DNA from: Nitrospirota bacterium
GTDB taxonomy: Bacteria; Nitrospirota; UBA9217
Assembly (NCBI GenBank): GCA_963818475.1
Contig: CAWFSF010000006.1
Span: 1,568,001-1,632,000, forward strand
DNA length: 64,000 nucleotides
Reading direction: 5' to 3'
The first letter of the stretch is position 1. Every line of letters begins with the position of its first letter. The position numbers were made by a program, and so were the translations under genes. Positions 22,587-33,287 of the stretch are shown in pieces. The notes below the pieces were generated by a model, which was not told where the DNA came from, made no database searches, and saw only the letters and a list, made by a program, of their open reading frames with translations.

Positions 22587-23908
22587 GCAGGCCTCCCCAG
22601 GCCGAACCCCTTGCGGATCTGCAGATCGAGCATCTGCACCTCGTCACCCGAGAGCAAACCGTCCAGATAGGAAATGACCAGGCTGAGCCGGTTGTTGTAA
22701 TTATTGCTGAAAAAGCCAAGCCCCGGCGGCACGGGAACGCGGGGCATATGGAAAAGTTCCATCACTTTCCTGCCCATGAACATCGGATGCTGGTACGAGC
22801 TTTTGCCGAGATGGGAGAACGCAAACGTGGCCATTTTCCCTTTCATCGGAAGATGCAGCAGTTTTCCCAGTACGGGCAGAGGCGCGATGCGGGTCAGCAG
22901 ACTTGCTTCTGCAAGGTCTTTGGGAAAACCCGACTTCACCTGGTCGTACATCTGCTGCTTCAGCAGGGCGATGAGCCCCTTGCGATCCGCAGTCTCGCCT
23001 GCCGGAACCTGATAAAAGAGATAGGAAACGTAGTTGAAGAACATTTCCTGCAGCGGGTCCTTGTTGGGACGCAGGTCCAGCGTAACGGGGATGAGGTAAC
23101 TTTGGCCGGACTCCTGCTTCGTGGTGAACAGTTCATGCAGGCACTGAATAATAACTGCCAGCAGGTACGGCGATTCCAGGAGATACCCTGCCTCAGCGTA
23201 CGCACGGTCATAAATGTGCGCGGTCTCCTGTTCGGTGAACGAAAGAAGATGATAGCGCTGGCATCCGTTGCCGTTCCGGGAAAGCGGCAGGGCCCGGGGC
23301 GAGGACTTCGACAGCCCGATGATCCTGCGGTTCACGTTTTTGCCTGCCAGGAACTTTTTCGACCACTGGGTCAGGGCCGCTGTTGACGTAAATGCAATAT
23401 CTCCGGACGCGGCAGGCGATCCATTGTTGAGATTCTGCTGAAAAAGGTTCAAAAAAAGCTCCGCCCCGCGTGCATCAAAAACACGGTGGTCGAATGCCAT
23501 GGCGAGCAGGCATTGTTCAGGATCCTTGAAAAGATGAAACGCCAGGTGTTCGGTCTCATCCTGAAAGGGAGCATTGGCACTGATCGCAAAATGAGCAAGG
23601 ATAGACTCCCGGGACAGCCGATTCTGGGAATTCAGGACCGTCAGCTTCACGTCCCGTCGTGATTCCGCGGGTATCTTCCAGTAGGGAGCGAGCTTGAGAT
23701 CACGGCTCACCTTCCCCTCCAGGACCGGGAACTGCTTCACAAAGGCGTTTAAACGATTCCGGACCTCGCTCTCGTCGAGAGGCGCGTCCAGGAGGAGAAC
23801 GACCTGCGACATGTTGCCGGCACAGGTCGTGGCCTTCATCATATGGTCGAGGGTATTGATCACCCAGTCGGAGCCGGAGAGGTACCGTTTTTGTTTGGAG
23901 AGGAGCAT
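22583..23908 (-). CDS. Stand-alone condensation-domain-like / CoA-dependent acyltransferase
   Basis: DHRVFDARG (HxxxD catalytic motif), PVTLDLRP, FSHLG; ~440 aa; adjacent to a carrier protein. Confidence 0.7.
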   Translation of the reverse strand: MLLSKQKRYLSGSDWVINTLDHMMKATTCAGNMSQVVLLLDAPLDESEVRNRLNAFVKQFPVLEGKVSRDLKLAPYWKIPAESRRDVKLTVLNSQNRLSRESILAHFAISANAPFQDETEHLAFHLFKDPEQCLLAMAFDHRVFDARGAELFLNLFQQNLNNGSPAASGDIAFTSTAALTQWSKKFLAGKNVNRRIIGLSKSSPRALPLSRNGNGCQRYHLLSFTEQETAHIYDRAYAEAGYLLESPYLLAVIIQCLHELFTTKQESGQSYLIPVTLDLRPNKDPLQEMFFNYVSYLFYQVPAGETADRKGLIALLKQQMYDQVKSGFPKDLAEASLLTRIAPLPVLGKLLHLPMKGKMATFAFSHLGKSSYQHPMFMGRKVMELFHMPRVPVPPGLGFFSNNYNNRLSLVISYLDGLLSGDEVQMLDLQIRKGFGLGRPA

Positions 23909-23919
23909 AGGAATTCAGA

Positions 23920-24162
23920 CTACAATCTGGTACTGATATACGATGCCAGGGAATGAACGGTCTCGAAGTCCTTCTTGGTAAGGTCCGACGCGATCAGCGG
24001 AAGCTTGAAGGTCTTCTCGATGAACACCAGCATTTCGACGAATCCGAGCGAGTCGATCCCCAGTTCATGGAACGGCTTGTCCGGAGAAATCGCTGAAGCG
24101 TCCTGATTCGAGATGGAGGCAATTCCCTGGATCAGCTTATTTTCAATTTCCTGTACGGTCAT
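23920..24162 (-). CDS. Acyl/aminoacyl carrier protein
   Basis: LGIDSL phosphopantetheine site, 80 aa. Confidence 0.9.
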   Translation of the reverse strand: MTVQEIENKLIQGIASISNQDASAISPDKPFHELGIDSLGFVEMLVFIEKTFKLPLIASDLTKKDFETVHSLASYISTRL

Positions 24163-24227
24163 AGTCTGTCAGCCTCATCTATATTTTATTGCATGAATAT
24201 GAATACTGCCTGCGGATATAAGCCTGA

Positions 24228-25298
24228 TCAGATCTTCGTTAAATAGACCACTGACCTATCCGCGTAACAGTTGTACCCGGTGCAGCGGATCTTTGCAAGC
24301 GCCGCGTCCCCTGTTTCCGTAAGAAGACGGAGAGTGTGCGGATTGTCCTGCACCGGCGTTGCATAACGCCGCTGCTGCTTCAGCATCAGCGCGCCTGCGG
24401 CAATGTTGAATGCGCCGCCGACCATCATACTCCCGAAGAGAGGCGAATACGCTGCCGTCGGAATATCCTTCGACAGCGACGGGAGGTAGGCCGTTTCGTC
24501 CGGCATCATGCCGTCGGCGTCAATAATATTGATATCAACGGCCTGGCCTTGATCAGGATCGTCGTTCGTATGGATAGCGTTGACATTGCAATAGGCGTTC
24601 CCCTCGCTATTGTTGCTCAGAAGAAAGAACGCAGCGCCTTCACCCGGGACCTGTCCGGTGGGTTTAAAGGTAAAAGGCCTGATCTTCCCGTCCTGTGCCG
24701 TGGTCAGTTTATGATCGGCAACATATCCCAGCACATCGCCGTACTGGTCAACAGCCCCGGCCAGAACATAGTCGCAGCGCCCCTGGTCGAGCCAGGCCTG
24801 CGCCAACTGCAGCCCGGCATGGAACGAGAACTGGAATTGGGTGATGGTCAACGTGGGCCCCTTGATGTTCAACGACATGGCGATATAGGAGGCCGCCGCA
24901 TTATGGACCGAGTTTGAGAACGTGGTCGGCGAGACCGCAGCGTCTCCATGGTCCAGGATATCGTCAAGAAAATTGAATGTGGTCACATGGGGCCCGTAGG
25001 CCGTGGTCAGGATGATGCCGAGCTTTTTCTGCGTGATATCCTTGATCCCGCTGTTGGCCAGTGCGTCGGCCGCGGCAAGCACGGACATCTTGCTCACGGC
25101 ATCGGAACGACGGATCTTCTTGAGCAGCGTTTTATCAGGCAGGTTCGCGAGATCAACAAGATACGCAGGAAAGGAACCGCCGGGAATATGCGGTGTTGCG
25201 ATCCTTCCCGGCTCTTTCCATCCCTGCAGCAATGCCTTTTCAAGACCTGCGACTCCCTGCCCCGCGGAGCAGATCATGCCGATGCCAACGATCTTCAT
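24228..25298 (-). CDS. Ketosynthase chain-length-factor-like protein (no catalytic Cys)
   Basis: SPTTFSNSVHNAAAS, PGEGAAF; ATG overlaps the KS stop (ATGA at 25295-25298). Confidence 0.8.
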   Translation of the reverse strand: MKIVGIGMICSAGQGVAGLEKALLQGWKEPGRIATPHIPGGSFPAYLVDLANLPDKTLLKKIRRSDAVSKMSVLAAADALANSGIKDITQKKLGIILTTAYGPHVTTFNFLDDILDHGDAAVSPTTFSNSVHNAAASYIAMSLNIKGPTLTITQFQFSFHAGLQLAQAWLDQGRCDYVLAGAVDQYGDVLGYVADHKLTTAQDGKIRPFTFKPTGQVPGEGAAFFLLSNNSEGNAYCNVNAIHTNDDPDQGQAVDINIIDADGMMPDETAYLPSLSKDIPTAAYSPLFGSMMVGGAFNIAAGALMLKQQRRYATPVQDNPHTLRLLTETGDAALAKIRCTGYNCYADRSVVYLTKI

Positions 25299-26480
25299 GA
25301 GCCGGCCTCCCGTCCGATAACGATGGCGGCATTGGTCCCGCCAAAGGCCAACGAGGTGGAGATCGCATAGCGCCCGTTGATCAGCGGTCACTTCGCGCAC
25401 CGGCGCCAGAGGGATCGCTTCATCCCTGTTCTGAAAACCCGCGCTGGCAGGTATCCAGCCTTCCCGAAGACCGAGCGCGGTGAAGACTGCCTCGATCCCG
25501 CCGGCAGCGCCCAGCGTATGTCCGGTCATCCCCTTGGTCGAGAGCATCCTGAGGCCGGGCCCGAATATCTCTGCCAGCACCGTCCCCTCCACCAGATCGT
25601 TGTCGTGCGTACCCGTACCGTGGGCATTGACAAAACCGATCGAGGATGGCTCAATGCCGGCCTCTGACAAAGCTGCAATAAGCGCCGCCTTCAACCCCAC
25701 CCCTTCGGGGCTGGGAGCGGTCAGGTGATAGGCGTCGCTGGAAGTGCCGTACCCGGAAAGCATAAGGTCTGCCGATGCCCCCCGTTTGCACGCCGTTTCC
25801 CGCGTCTCCAGGATCAACACGCCCGCGCCTTCGCCGAGGTTCAGCCCCTTGCGGTCGCGGTCAAAAGGCGCGCAGAGTCCGGGATTGGCGATGCCAAGGG
25901 AATTGAAACCGCAGTAGGGCACATGGTTCAGTTCATCGGACCCGCCGGCGATGGCGATGTCGCAGAGGCCGCTCTTGAGCCAGGACAGGGCGATGCCGAT
26001 CGCGTCGGTGCCGGAAGAACAGGCGTTCACCACCGAGACCTGCGGTCCCCGTGCCCCGATCCTGCGCCCGATATACTCGGCAAGATTGCCGGTTAAAAAA
26101 CGGTCAATGGCGGTCATGGGCGCTGACCCCTGATCACGGTACGATTTGTAGAACGATAGATCGTTCAGCTGGCTTGCCACGGTCGTTCCCATGCAGACGC
26201 CCACCCGGAACCGCGACAGGTCGCCAAGACGGGCTTCCTGCAGGGCCTGATCGACAGCAATGAGGGCAAGGCTCAGCGTGCGCAACCCTTCCATATGATA
26301 TCCGGCCGGAAGTCTCTGCACTTCGAATACGGGAGACTTCAGTGCCGTGGGAAAGAGCGTCACTGGACCTGCGCTCCTCGTTCCCTGCTTAAAAGACCGA
26401 AGCGTCTCGGCAGCGTTGTTCCCTGCGGCCGAGATCACGCCGATGCCTGTTATTAGTACAGAGGATGTATTCATATTCAT
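25295..26480 (-). CDS. Beta-ketoacyl-ACP synthase (FabF-like; frameshift ~25385)
   Basis: NACSSG, HGTGT, GHTLGAAG; alternative frame gives the canonical end AISTSLAFGGTNAAIVI. Confidence 0.9.
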
Positions 26481-26590
26481 AATTTAGCGTTCACCTGAAA
26501 CTCATCATCGGGCGGATAACTCGGCGTTCGTTGTTCCATCTACGGTCGGGTTATACTCGCCCCTATCTTTTCTCCCGGCAACAAAGGGAC

Positions 26591-27553
26591 TTACGGCATT
26601 TTTCCCGTAGCTGTCGCGATGTCAGGAATGCCCAGCAGGTCCAGTGCGGTATCGACCGTCACGATCCGCATGTCCGGATACTTCGTGCGCACATACGTGA
26701 GCAGCTCTGAGATCTCTGCGCGCTGGTCGTAGACGATTTTGTCAAGTCGGGCAACGGCGCCGCTCGACGCGCCGGTGACCCGGTCTCCCGGCTGCGGTGT
26801 CCCTGCCAGCGGAACAAAATGAAGATACCCTGCCGACAGGAACCATTGGTCACGCACATGTCTCCCCCGCGCCCCCGAGGGGCTGAAGACAAGCTGCTCG
26901 CCCGCTGCAAAGGTGCCGGTTTCGCTGGTCAGTGTGATCTTGACATCTATCTGGTGTCCATGGATGATCAGCCAGTCGCGTTCTGAATATGCCTTGTCCA
27001 CCCGGCCCCGCATCTTCATAAGACCGAATTTTTTGTTGGAAACGGACCGCAGGTCATATTGTTCAAAAACATCCCGGTTAAAGGCGTCCACGCCTCCCCG
27101 TGCGGAACGGTAATATTTACGGGCGACGGCCCGGATCATCTCACTGCTTTTGTTATAGGGATAGACGAGGTTCTTGACCGTCACCCCCAGACTCTCCAGG
27201 ACCGTCTTGGAACGAAACAGCTCATCCTCGACCTGGGCGGGAGAGAGAGACCGCAAGTTCCGATGCGAGGCGGTATGACCCATGATCTCCCAGCCTGCAT
27301 CTCTGAGGCCGACGATCTGCCCGGGACCAAGAAATCCCGTGCGGCCGATCAGGTCCGTGGCGATCGCCGAGCAGGCGACCGCGCCCTGTTCGGCAAAAAC
27401 GTCCCGCGCCACGAGGTAATCCGTATCGAACCCGTCATCGAACACAAAGGTCACCAGCGGAATGGCCGGCCGCTGAACGACGCCTGTGCGGGGGCCGAGA
27501 CTGCTGCAGGCAGCAAGAAACAGCGGCAGCAGCACGGTCACCAGCCGTCTCAT
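26591..27553 (-). CDS. Polysaccharide deacetylase (NodB-type) lipoprotein
   Basis: Lipobox LAAC; TFVFDDG, EIMGHTASH, YPY, WLIIHGH. Confidence 0.85.
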   Translation of the reverse strand: MRRLVTVLLPLFLAACSSLGPRTGVVQRPAIPLVTFVFDDGFDTDYLVARDVFAEQGAVACSAIATDLIGRTGFLGPGQIVGLRDAGWEIMGHTASHRNLRSLSPAQVEDELFRSKTVLESLGVTVKNLVYPYNKSSEMIRAVARKYYRSARGGVDAFNRDVFEQYDLRSVSNKKFGLMKMRGRVDKAYSERDWLIIHGHQIDVKITLTSETGTFAAGEQLVFSPSGARGRHVRDQWFLSAGYLHFVPLAGTPQPGDRVTGASSGAVARLDKIVYDQRAEISELLTYVRTKYPDMRIVTVDTALDLLGIPDIATATGKMP

Positions 27554-27572
27554 GCAGCATGATAACCGTGCG

Positions 27573-27860
27573 TCAGGATGCCTTTTTTCTGTTCTCATAA
27601 ACGAAATTGGCGATGGTATTGATGGAATGGAAGATCTCTTTCCCCTCGTCCATATTCTTTACTTCCATGCCGAAATTGCGCTGCAACAGCACGACGATCT
27701 CGACGGCGTCAAGAGAATCGAGCCCGAGCCCCTCACCGAACAGGACCTCGTCATCCTTGATATCAGCGGGATTGACATCCTCCAGCGAGAGATCGCGCAC
27801 GATCATTTCCTTGAGGTCTTTGCGTATTGTTGCCAGTTCCTGTTCCTTGTTGTTTTCCAT
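27573..27860 (-). CDS. Acyl carrier protein (aryl-polyene-type)
   Basis: LFGEGLGLDSLDAVE. Confidence 0.92.
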   Translation of the reverse strand: MENNKEQELATIRKDLKEMIVRDLSLEDVNPADIKDDEVLFGEGLGLDSLDAVEIVVLLQRNFGMEVKNMDEGKEIFHSINTIANFVYENRKKAS

Positions 27861-27893
27861 CTTTATCTCCTTGCGTGTAAGGTGTTTATCGTA

Positions 27894-28796
27894 TCAATCA
27901 TTCCCCTGCCACATGTCTCGAAAAACGAACCATTGATAGGGATGGTGAATGGCATACTCTTCCAGAATGCGTGCGAATTCCTGAACACAGGCCGTGATCT
28001 CCGCCTCCTTGTTGCCGCGTGTGCCTGTTGGCGGGTTTATAACGTGAGAAATGTCTGTCACGTATTTTTTCATGCCTGTCTTGGCAGACAGCAGGACCGC
28101 AACAGGACATCGGGCTGCTGCCGCGAGGCTGAACGCGCCGTACGGGAACCGGACGCTTCCATTCAGCAGCGACGCTTCCCGTGAACTGTACCCATAGGTC
28201 CGGTCTCCCATGATCGAAACGATGCCTCCCTGGCTGATCGCCTTCAAGGCTTCAACCACGCCGCCCAGGGAACCATCGGTATACAGAACTTTGATCTTCT
28301 CCTGTTCGCTGTCGATGTTCAACGCCTCTTTGACGGCTACATTGTCCTCAGGCCGCATCATGAGGTATACGGTACGGTTGAGTTTCCTGAGCGCTGTTGT
28401 CGCAACCTGCCAGTTGCCCACATGGGCCGTCAGGAAGATCATCCCCTTTTGCCCCTCAGCCAGATGGCTCTGTATCTTCTCATAGCCGCGGAGCTCGAGG
28501 TCGATATCACTTCCGCCGGCAGCAACATAGTACCGATCGATGAGGCTTTTCCCCTGGTTCACGAACAGCAAATATACATCAACCATCCGCCGGAGAGCGC
28601 CGTGGTCCGGAAAGCGTCGCCGGACATAAGCCATGCTCGCAGCAACCACAGCATGATCAAAGATCAGATAGTACAGGCTGACAAAGTACAGTAATCCATA
28701 GGCGCCCCGTAAGCCGAATATCTTTGCCGCCGTGCGGAAGAACCAGAATCCTAACCGGTTGCCGCGCTTGCGTTCAACACTCTTCTTTTGAGACAT
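27894..28796 (-). CDS. LpxL-family (lipid A-type) acyltransferase
   Basis: TAHVGNW, MGDR, FPYGAF, HPYQWF. Confidence 0.88.
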   Translation of the reverse strand: MSQKKSVERKRGNRLGFWFFRTAAKIFGLRGAYGLLYFVSLYYLIFDHAVVAASMAYVRRRFPDHGALRRMVDVYLLFVNQGKSLIDRYYVAAGGSDIDLELRGYEKIQSHLAEGQKGMIFLTAHVGNWQVATTALRKLNRTVYLMMRPEDNVAVKEALNIDSEQEKIKVLYTDGSLGGVVEALKAISQGGIVSIMGDRTYGYSSREASLLNGSVRFPYGAFSLAAAARCPVAVLLSAKTGMKKYVTDISHVINPPTGTRGNKEAEITACVQEFARILEEYAIHHPYQWFVFRDMWQGND

Positions 28797-29972
28797 TGGC
28801 GTACCTGAACTTTTTTATCATTGTTGCGGAAATGTACGTGACCGCACCGATCAGGACAGCAAGGAGCGGTGCAATAACGAGCGAGCCCAGGAACCATTCA
28901 TACAAGCGCGATGAGAACTGCGCGAAAACCGTTGCAAAAGAAAGGTCCGTAAGCCACTGGCCGTGGCGCATATAGTACCCCACTTCAATGCAGAGCGCCG
29001 GAACAAAAGGCGGCATGGCTATATGCTGAACATTCAAGGCCACGACCTTGTTCAGGTTCAGCCTGAGCGCGACATACAGGATCACGAGCGAATGCGCGAA
29101 CAGGATCGGCAGTACTGCCAGAAACAGGCCCACGGCCGCTGACCATGCCAGCCCCTCGGGGGTCGCGTTCTCCTGCAGCAGCATCCGCAGTACCTTTCCC
29201 GGATGACGAAGCAAAGACAGGTCGAAACCAGGCCCCCGTCTTTACCAGCTTTTTGTGAGGCAGCGGCAAGAGACGCCTTCCCACCAGCATGGAATGAATG
29301 CGGGTGAGCCGAAGGTTGTCCAGAACCGGTTTAAAGCTCGAGACCCGCTCCTCGGGCTTCGGATAGTGGACCGAGATCGGAACCATCACAAGCTCCAGCC
29401 CTGCCCAGGCTGCCTTGGCCAGCACCTCTGCCTCAAAATCATACCGGCTGCCCTTGAAGCGCAGCTGGTTAAGATAGCGGACCGGATAGGCACGGAAACC
29501 GCTCTGACAATCGTCGATCGTGCGCCCGGTCTCGGCCTTGAGCCAGAAATTGGCGAATTTCCTGCCGAAGCGGCTCGATGCAGGCACATTATCCGTATTG
29601 AAATCCCTGCACCCGACAACGAGACGAGCTTCGTTTTCCTGCAAAAGCGGAAAGAAGCGCTCCAGGTCCCGCGGATCATGCTGGCCGTCGGCATCGATGG
29701 TGATCATGTACGTTCCGCCGTGTGCCTCGATATAGCGCGACGCGGTCAGGATCGCCTCTCCCTTGCCGAGATTCTTCTCGTGCTTCAAAAGAACGACATC
29801 CAGGCCCGAAAGCAGCGATGCCAGATCGGCATCGGTGCTGCCGTCATCGATGACAACGACGTTCTGCAGGACCGAGCGACAGGATGTCACTACGTCCTTC
29901 ACCGTGGCATGGTTGTTATAAACCGGAACAGCGCACCAGATGGTCCTGATGAAGCGGACTACTTTGCCGCAT
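28774..29972 (-). CDS. Family 2 glycosyltransferase fused to DUF2062 (frameshifts ~29950 and ~29230)
   Basis: VPVYNN, VIDDGSTD, NLGKG, DADGQH, DCQSGFRAYP; C-terminal TPEGLAWSAAVG membrane domain. Confidence 0.85.
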
Positions 29973-31332
29973 TCCTCGTCCTCTCCTCGGGTTTTCTGTC
30001 CGGGCAGCAGCAGGTCCCACATGGGGCCGGTGTAGCCGAGTTTGTGCAGCACCTGGAGGCTGTTGTCCATGGCATCGGGCGGAAACACGCAGTGACGCAC
30101 ATCCGCGAACGCTTTGGTGAGCGTTTCCTCGAGCCATTTTTTATCGAGTCGCCGGTGAAATGTAGTAGACGGGCTTCAACAGGCCGTCATCGGGCGTGAT
30201 CAGCTTTTCCATGATCGCCAGGCGGGCAAGCGGCGTGTTCGGCAGTATCCGTATGCCCATGAAAATAAAGGCCACGCATTTCTGAAGGCTCAGGATGTTC
30301 TTGATCCCCTCCTGCACGGTCTGCTTCGGTCTCCCCCGGTCCGCCGAACATGAAGAAATGCGATGTGGCGATGCCGTGGCGCACAAGGAGGTCGTTGCAC
30401 GCAATGACATCGCTGAAGGTAAAGCTCTTGCCCAGCTTCTTGAGCGTCGTGTCGCAGGCCGCGTCAGTGCCGACCTCGGCTGCCGCGAACCCGGTCTTCT
30501 TCATGCGCTCGACGATCTCGTCCGTCAGGCCTCCGGGCTTGATGAATGCGGTCCAGGGAATGTTTATGTTCCGGCGCTCCATCTCGCCGATCACCTCAAG
30601 ATAGGCGCCGTCGTCGTCGTTGAACACGGAATCGACAAAGAAAACATATTTGGTCTTGAATTTATCACGCAGAATCTCGATGTCGTCCACAACCTCCTTG
30701 GGATTCCTCCTGCGGAGTTCCGCGCCCTCGAGCACGGGATAGGTGCAGTACACGCATTTATAGGTGCATCCCCGCTTCGTCTGGATCGAGGCGATGTTGC
30801 CGCTGTGCAGATAAAATTCCAGCAGCCGTTCATCATACAACGCCGCATTGATCTGATCGCCCGGGAGCTTGGCATGGGAACGGATAAGCGGCTCCTTTGG
30901 ATAGATCCCCTTCGCCGCATTGTTCGCGAACTCAACAGCCAGAACCTCGCCTTCGCCGACGATACCGTAGTCGGCTCCGGTCTCCTTCAGGATCAGGTCC
31001 GGGATAAGCGAGAATCCCGCGCCGCCCAAAAGCACTTTAGCGTTCGAAGCCCCCCGGACCGTAGTCACGAGGTTCTTCACGTTCTGGATGTAATGCTGCT
31101 CGTGCAAAAGGTTGACATTATCGATGTTCCGCACGGAGATCCCTACCAGATCGGGTTTGAACTCCAGCACCTCCCGCCCGATCGCTTCAAGCGAGGTGTT
31201 CTGCTGCAGGAAATCCGCCTGCCGCACCTCATGGCCTGCCTTCGTCAGCACGGCAGCAATGATGCTCACGCCCAGAGGATAAAGCGGGTAAGGCGACAGG
31301 GTAACATTGGCTGAGATCAGAAGCACCTTCAT
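29959..31332 (-). CDS. Lipid-biosynthesis B12-binding radical SAM protein (TIGR04072-like; frameshifts near the C-terminus)
   Basis: YPLYPLG, GISVRNIDN, QTKRGCTYKCVYC, FVDSVFN, GIRILPNT, LHKLGYTGPMWDLL. Confidence 0.85.
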
Positions 31333-32600
31333 CGGCTTGGCTCCGTTGTCGTATTTTTTTGCCATTTCCGGGGCCTGAGCGCCGCTCCCCGATAGGTCCC
31401 GTCAGCCTTTTCTTTTTCAATGACCTTCAGGAAAAGCTTGGCCATCCTGAGGTTCTGGCTGGTTTCCTTGTAGAACGTATCCCAGGCATAATAGTACAGG
31501 TCCTGCAGTTTCGAGGGGGTGATCTTTGCAGGCTGGTACACGACCTCCCCGCCAGTGTACCGGTTCCAGTCGTTCGACAGGATCCTGCCCTCTTTCTGGA
31601 GCGATTCACGGACCGGCGTATGCGGGAACGGCGTCAGGATCGTGAACTCCGCAAGGTCCAGATTGATCTCGAGCAGGAAATCGACGAGCCGTTTGATATC
31701 GTCTTCATCCTGCTCATCCATGCCGAGAATAATGGTCCCCTCGACGCCGATACCGCGTTCCTGCAATCGCTTCACCCGGTTCCGGATGTAGTCTGACGTG
31801 TCGAAGATGGCCTGGTACACATACCAGCAGCCTGCCTCGGCCGCCAGGTCCAGGATCTCGTCGTTGTCCTTGATGGGATGAGAGACCCATTTCTTCTTGA
31901 GCGGGATCAGGGCGCGGAAGAGGTCCTTTTCCCACTGATCGTTCTGTGCCATGGAATTATCCACGAAGAAGAGACGGTTGTTGTCGATTGCCGCAACTTC
32001 GCGTACCACGTCGTCGATGGGACGGGGCCGGAACTCCCTGCCGCCGAGGAACGGCGTACAGCAGCAGAAGCAGTTGTACCGGCATCCCCGCGATGCGTGA
32101 ATGAGATCGACCATCTGAACGCCGCGATAGTTGTAGCGCTCCCGGTTCAGGATGTTCCGCCTGGCCGGACCCACGACGTTCATGTTCGGGAAATTCCACT
32201 GATAATCGTAGACCGGTTTGAGGCTCTTGTTCTTCAGGTCCTCCAGGACCTGACCGAACCGGCCTTCGGCCTCACCAAGGAACACGGAATCAGCATGCTG
32301 CTTCGTTTCCTCGGCATGGATCATGGTGCCGATGCCGCCGAAGATGACCGGGATGCCGCGGCTGCGGAATTGGTCTGCGATCTCCCATCCGCGCTTGATC
32401 TGGCAGGTCAGCATGCACGAGATCGCAATGAGATCCACCTTCTCGTCGAAGTTAATGCTCTCCACATGCTCATCGGTAAAAAGTAGTTCATCCTCGCCCG
32501 GGACCGTTGCCGCGAAGCAGATCGGACCGTGCGGAGGAAGATGGAATTCTGTCTGTCGTTCAAGTTTAGGCCACTTTGGATAAATAAGTCTGATCTTCAC
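31329..32600 (-). CDS. B12-binding radical SAM protein
   Basis: GGIGT, GEAEG, SRGCRYNCFCC, LTPFPHT. Confidence 0.9.
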   Translation of the reverse strand: MKIRLIYPKWPKLERQTEFHLPPHGPICFAATVPGEDELLFTDEHVESINFDEKVDLIAISCMLTCQIKRGWEIADQFRSRGIPVIFGGIGTMIHAEETKQHADSVFLGEAEGRFGQVLEDLKNKSLKPVYDYQWNFPNMNVVGPARRNILNRERYNYRGVQMVDLIHASRGCRYNCFCCCTPFLGGREFRPRPIDDVVREVAAIDNNRLFFVDNSMAQNDQWEKDLFRALIPLKKKWVSHPIKDNDEILDLAAEAGCWYVYQAIFDTSDYIRNRVKRLQERGIGVEGTIILGMDEQDEDDIKRLVDFLLEINLDLAEFTILTPFPHTPVRESLQKEGRILSNDWNRYTGGEVVYQPAKITPSKLQDLYYYAWDTFYKETSQNLRMAKLFLKVIEKEKADGTYRGAALRPRKWQKNTTTEPSR

Positions 32601-33277
32601 AACGATCCCTTTCTTGCTGCCATACGGAGGAATTTCTGTATCAACCCCGATAAATCAGGGTTTGCTTCCACGAGAGACCGCGCGTCCTCAAAATCGCAGA
32701 GAACCGATTGATCACGACCGGACGACCGTGCGATTACAAAGTAAAGCGCTTCATCAGCCTCAGCCGCGCCCACAAGCATGGTCGGCGCTTCTTCGGCAAG
32801 GATCATTTCACGTGCGCTGTCGAGCACGGCTGCCAGTGCATTGTTCTCGCTCGCTGCATACACAACGGGCCCCAGCAGTCCGAAATGGATCGCTGCTTCT
32901 CCGATCGGGCTTGACGGCAGCGTGTAGATGAACAGGTTCCCGCGCGACAGTGTGCGCCCGCCCTCGAGGTAATCCCGGAAGTACTCCTTATCGGACTGGA
33001 GCGAACCCTCTGTATTCGTTCCCACGATCCCGATGTCCTGCTTTCGCAGGGGGGAATATTCGATGCCCGCGTCCTGCAGCGCGAGGCTGACCGCGTAGGC
33101 CGTCATCCTTGAGATCGTGTCGAGCCGTCCGAAATTCTTGAAGGGGTGCGAAAAAATATCTTTTTTCGGCAGCGTATGGACACCCTCGTCCGTCTCGTAT
33201 ATATGCCGGAGCTCACTCCTGATACAGCCGTATCCTTCTTTGGTGAGCCAACCTATGCCGCGGACTGCGATCATCAT
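32597..33277 (-). CDS. Ketosynthase N-terminal-like (CLF-like) protein
   Basis: VRGIGW, FGRLD..SR, FIYTLPSSP.GE.AI; no catalytic triad. Confidence 0.75.
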   Translation of the reverse strand: MMIAVRGIGWLTKEGYGCIRSELRHIYETDEGVHTLPKKDIFSHPFKNFGRLDTISRMTAYAVSLALQDAGIEYSPLRKQDIGIVGTNTEGSLQSDKEYFRDYLEGGRTLSRGNLFIYTLPSSPIGEAAIHFGLLGPVVYAASENNALAAVLDSAREMILAEEAPTMLVGAAEADEALYFVIARSSGRDQSVLCDFEDARSLVEANPDLSGLIQKFLRMAARKGSL

Positions 33278-33287
33278 GCCACCCTGC

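Noticed and set aside
24228-26480. Apparent 750-aa KS-CLF fusion
   Set aside because: The canonical KS C-terminus (SLAFGGTN) is in another frame, ending at a TGA that overlaps the CLF ATG; the fusion comes from a frameshift near 25385
28985-30100. GT2 with long N-terminal extension
   Set aside because: The extension is the frameshifted C-terminus of the upstream radical SAM protein
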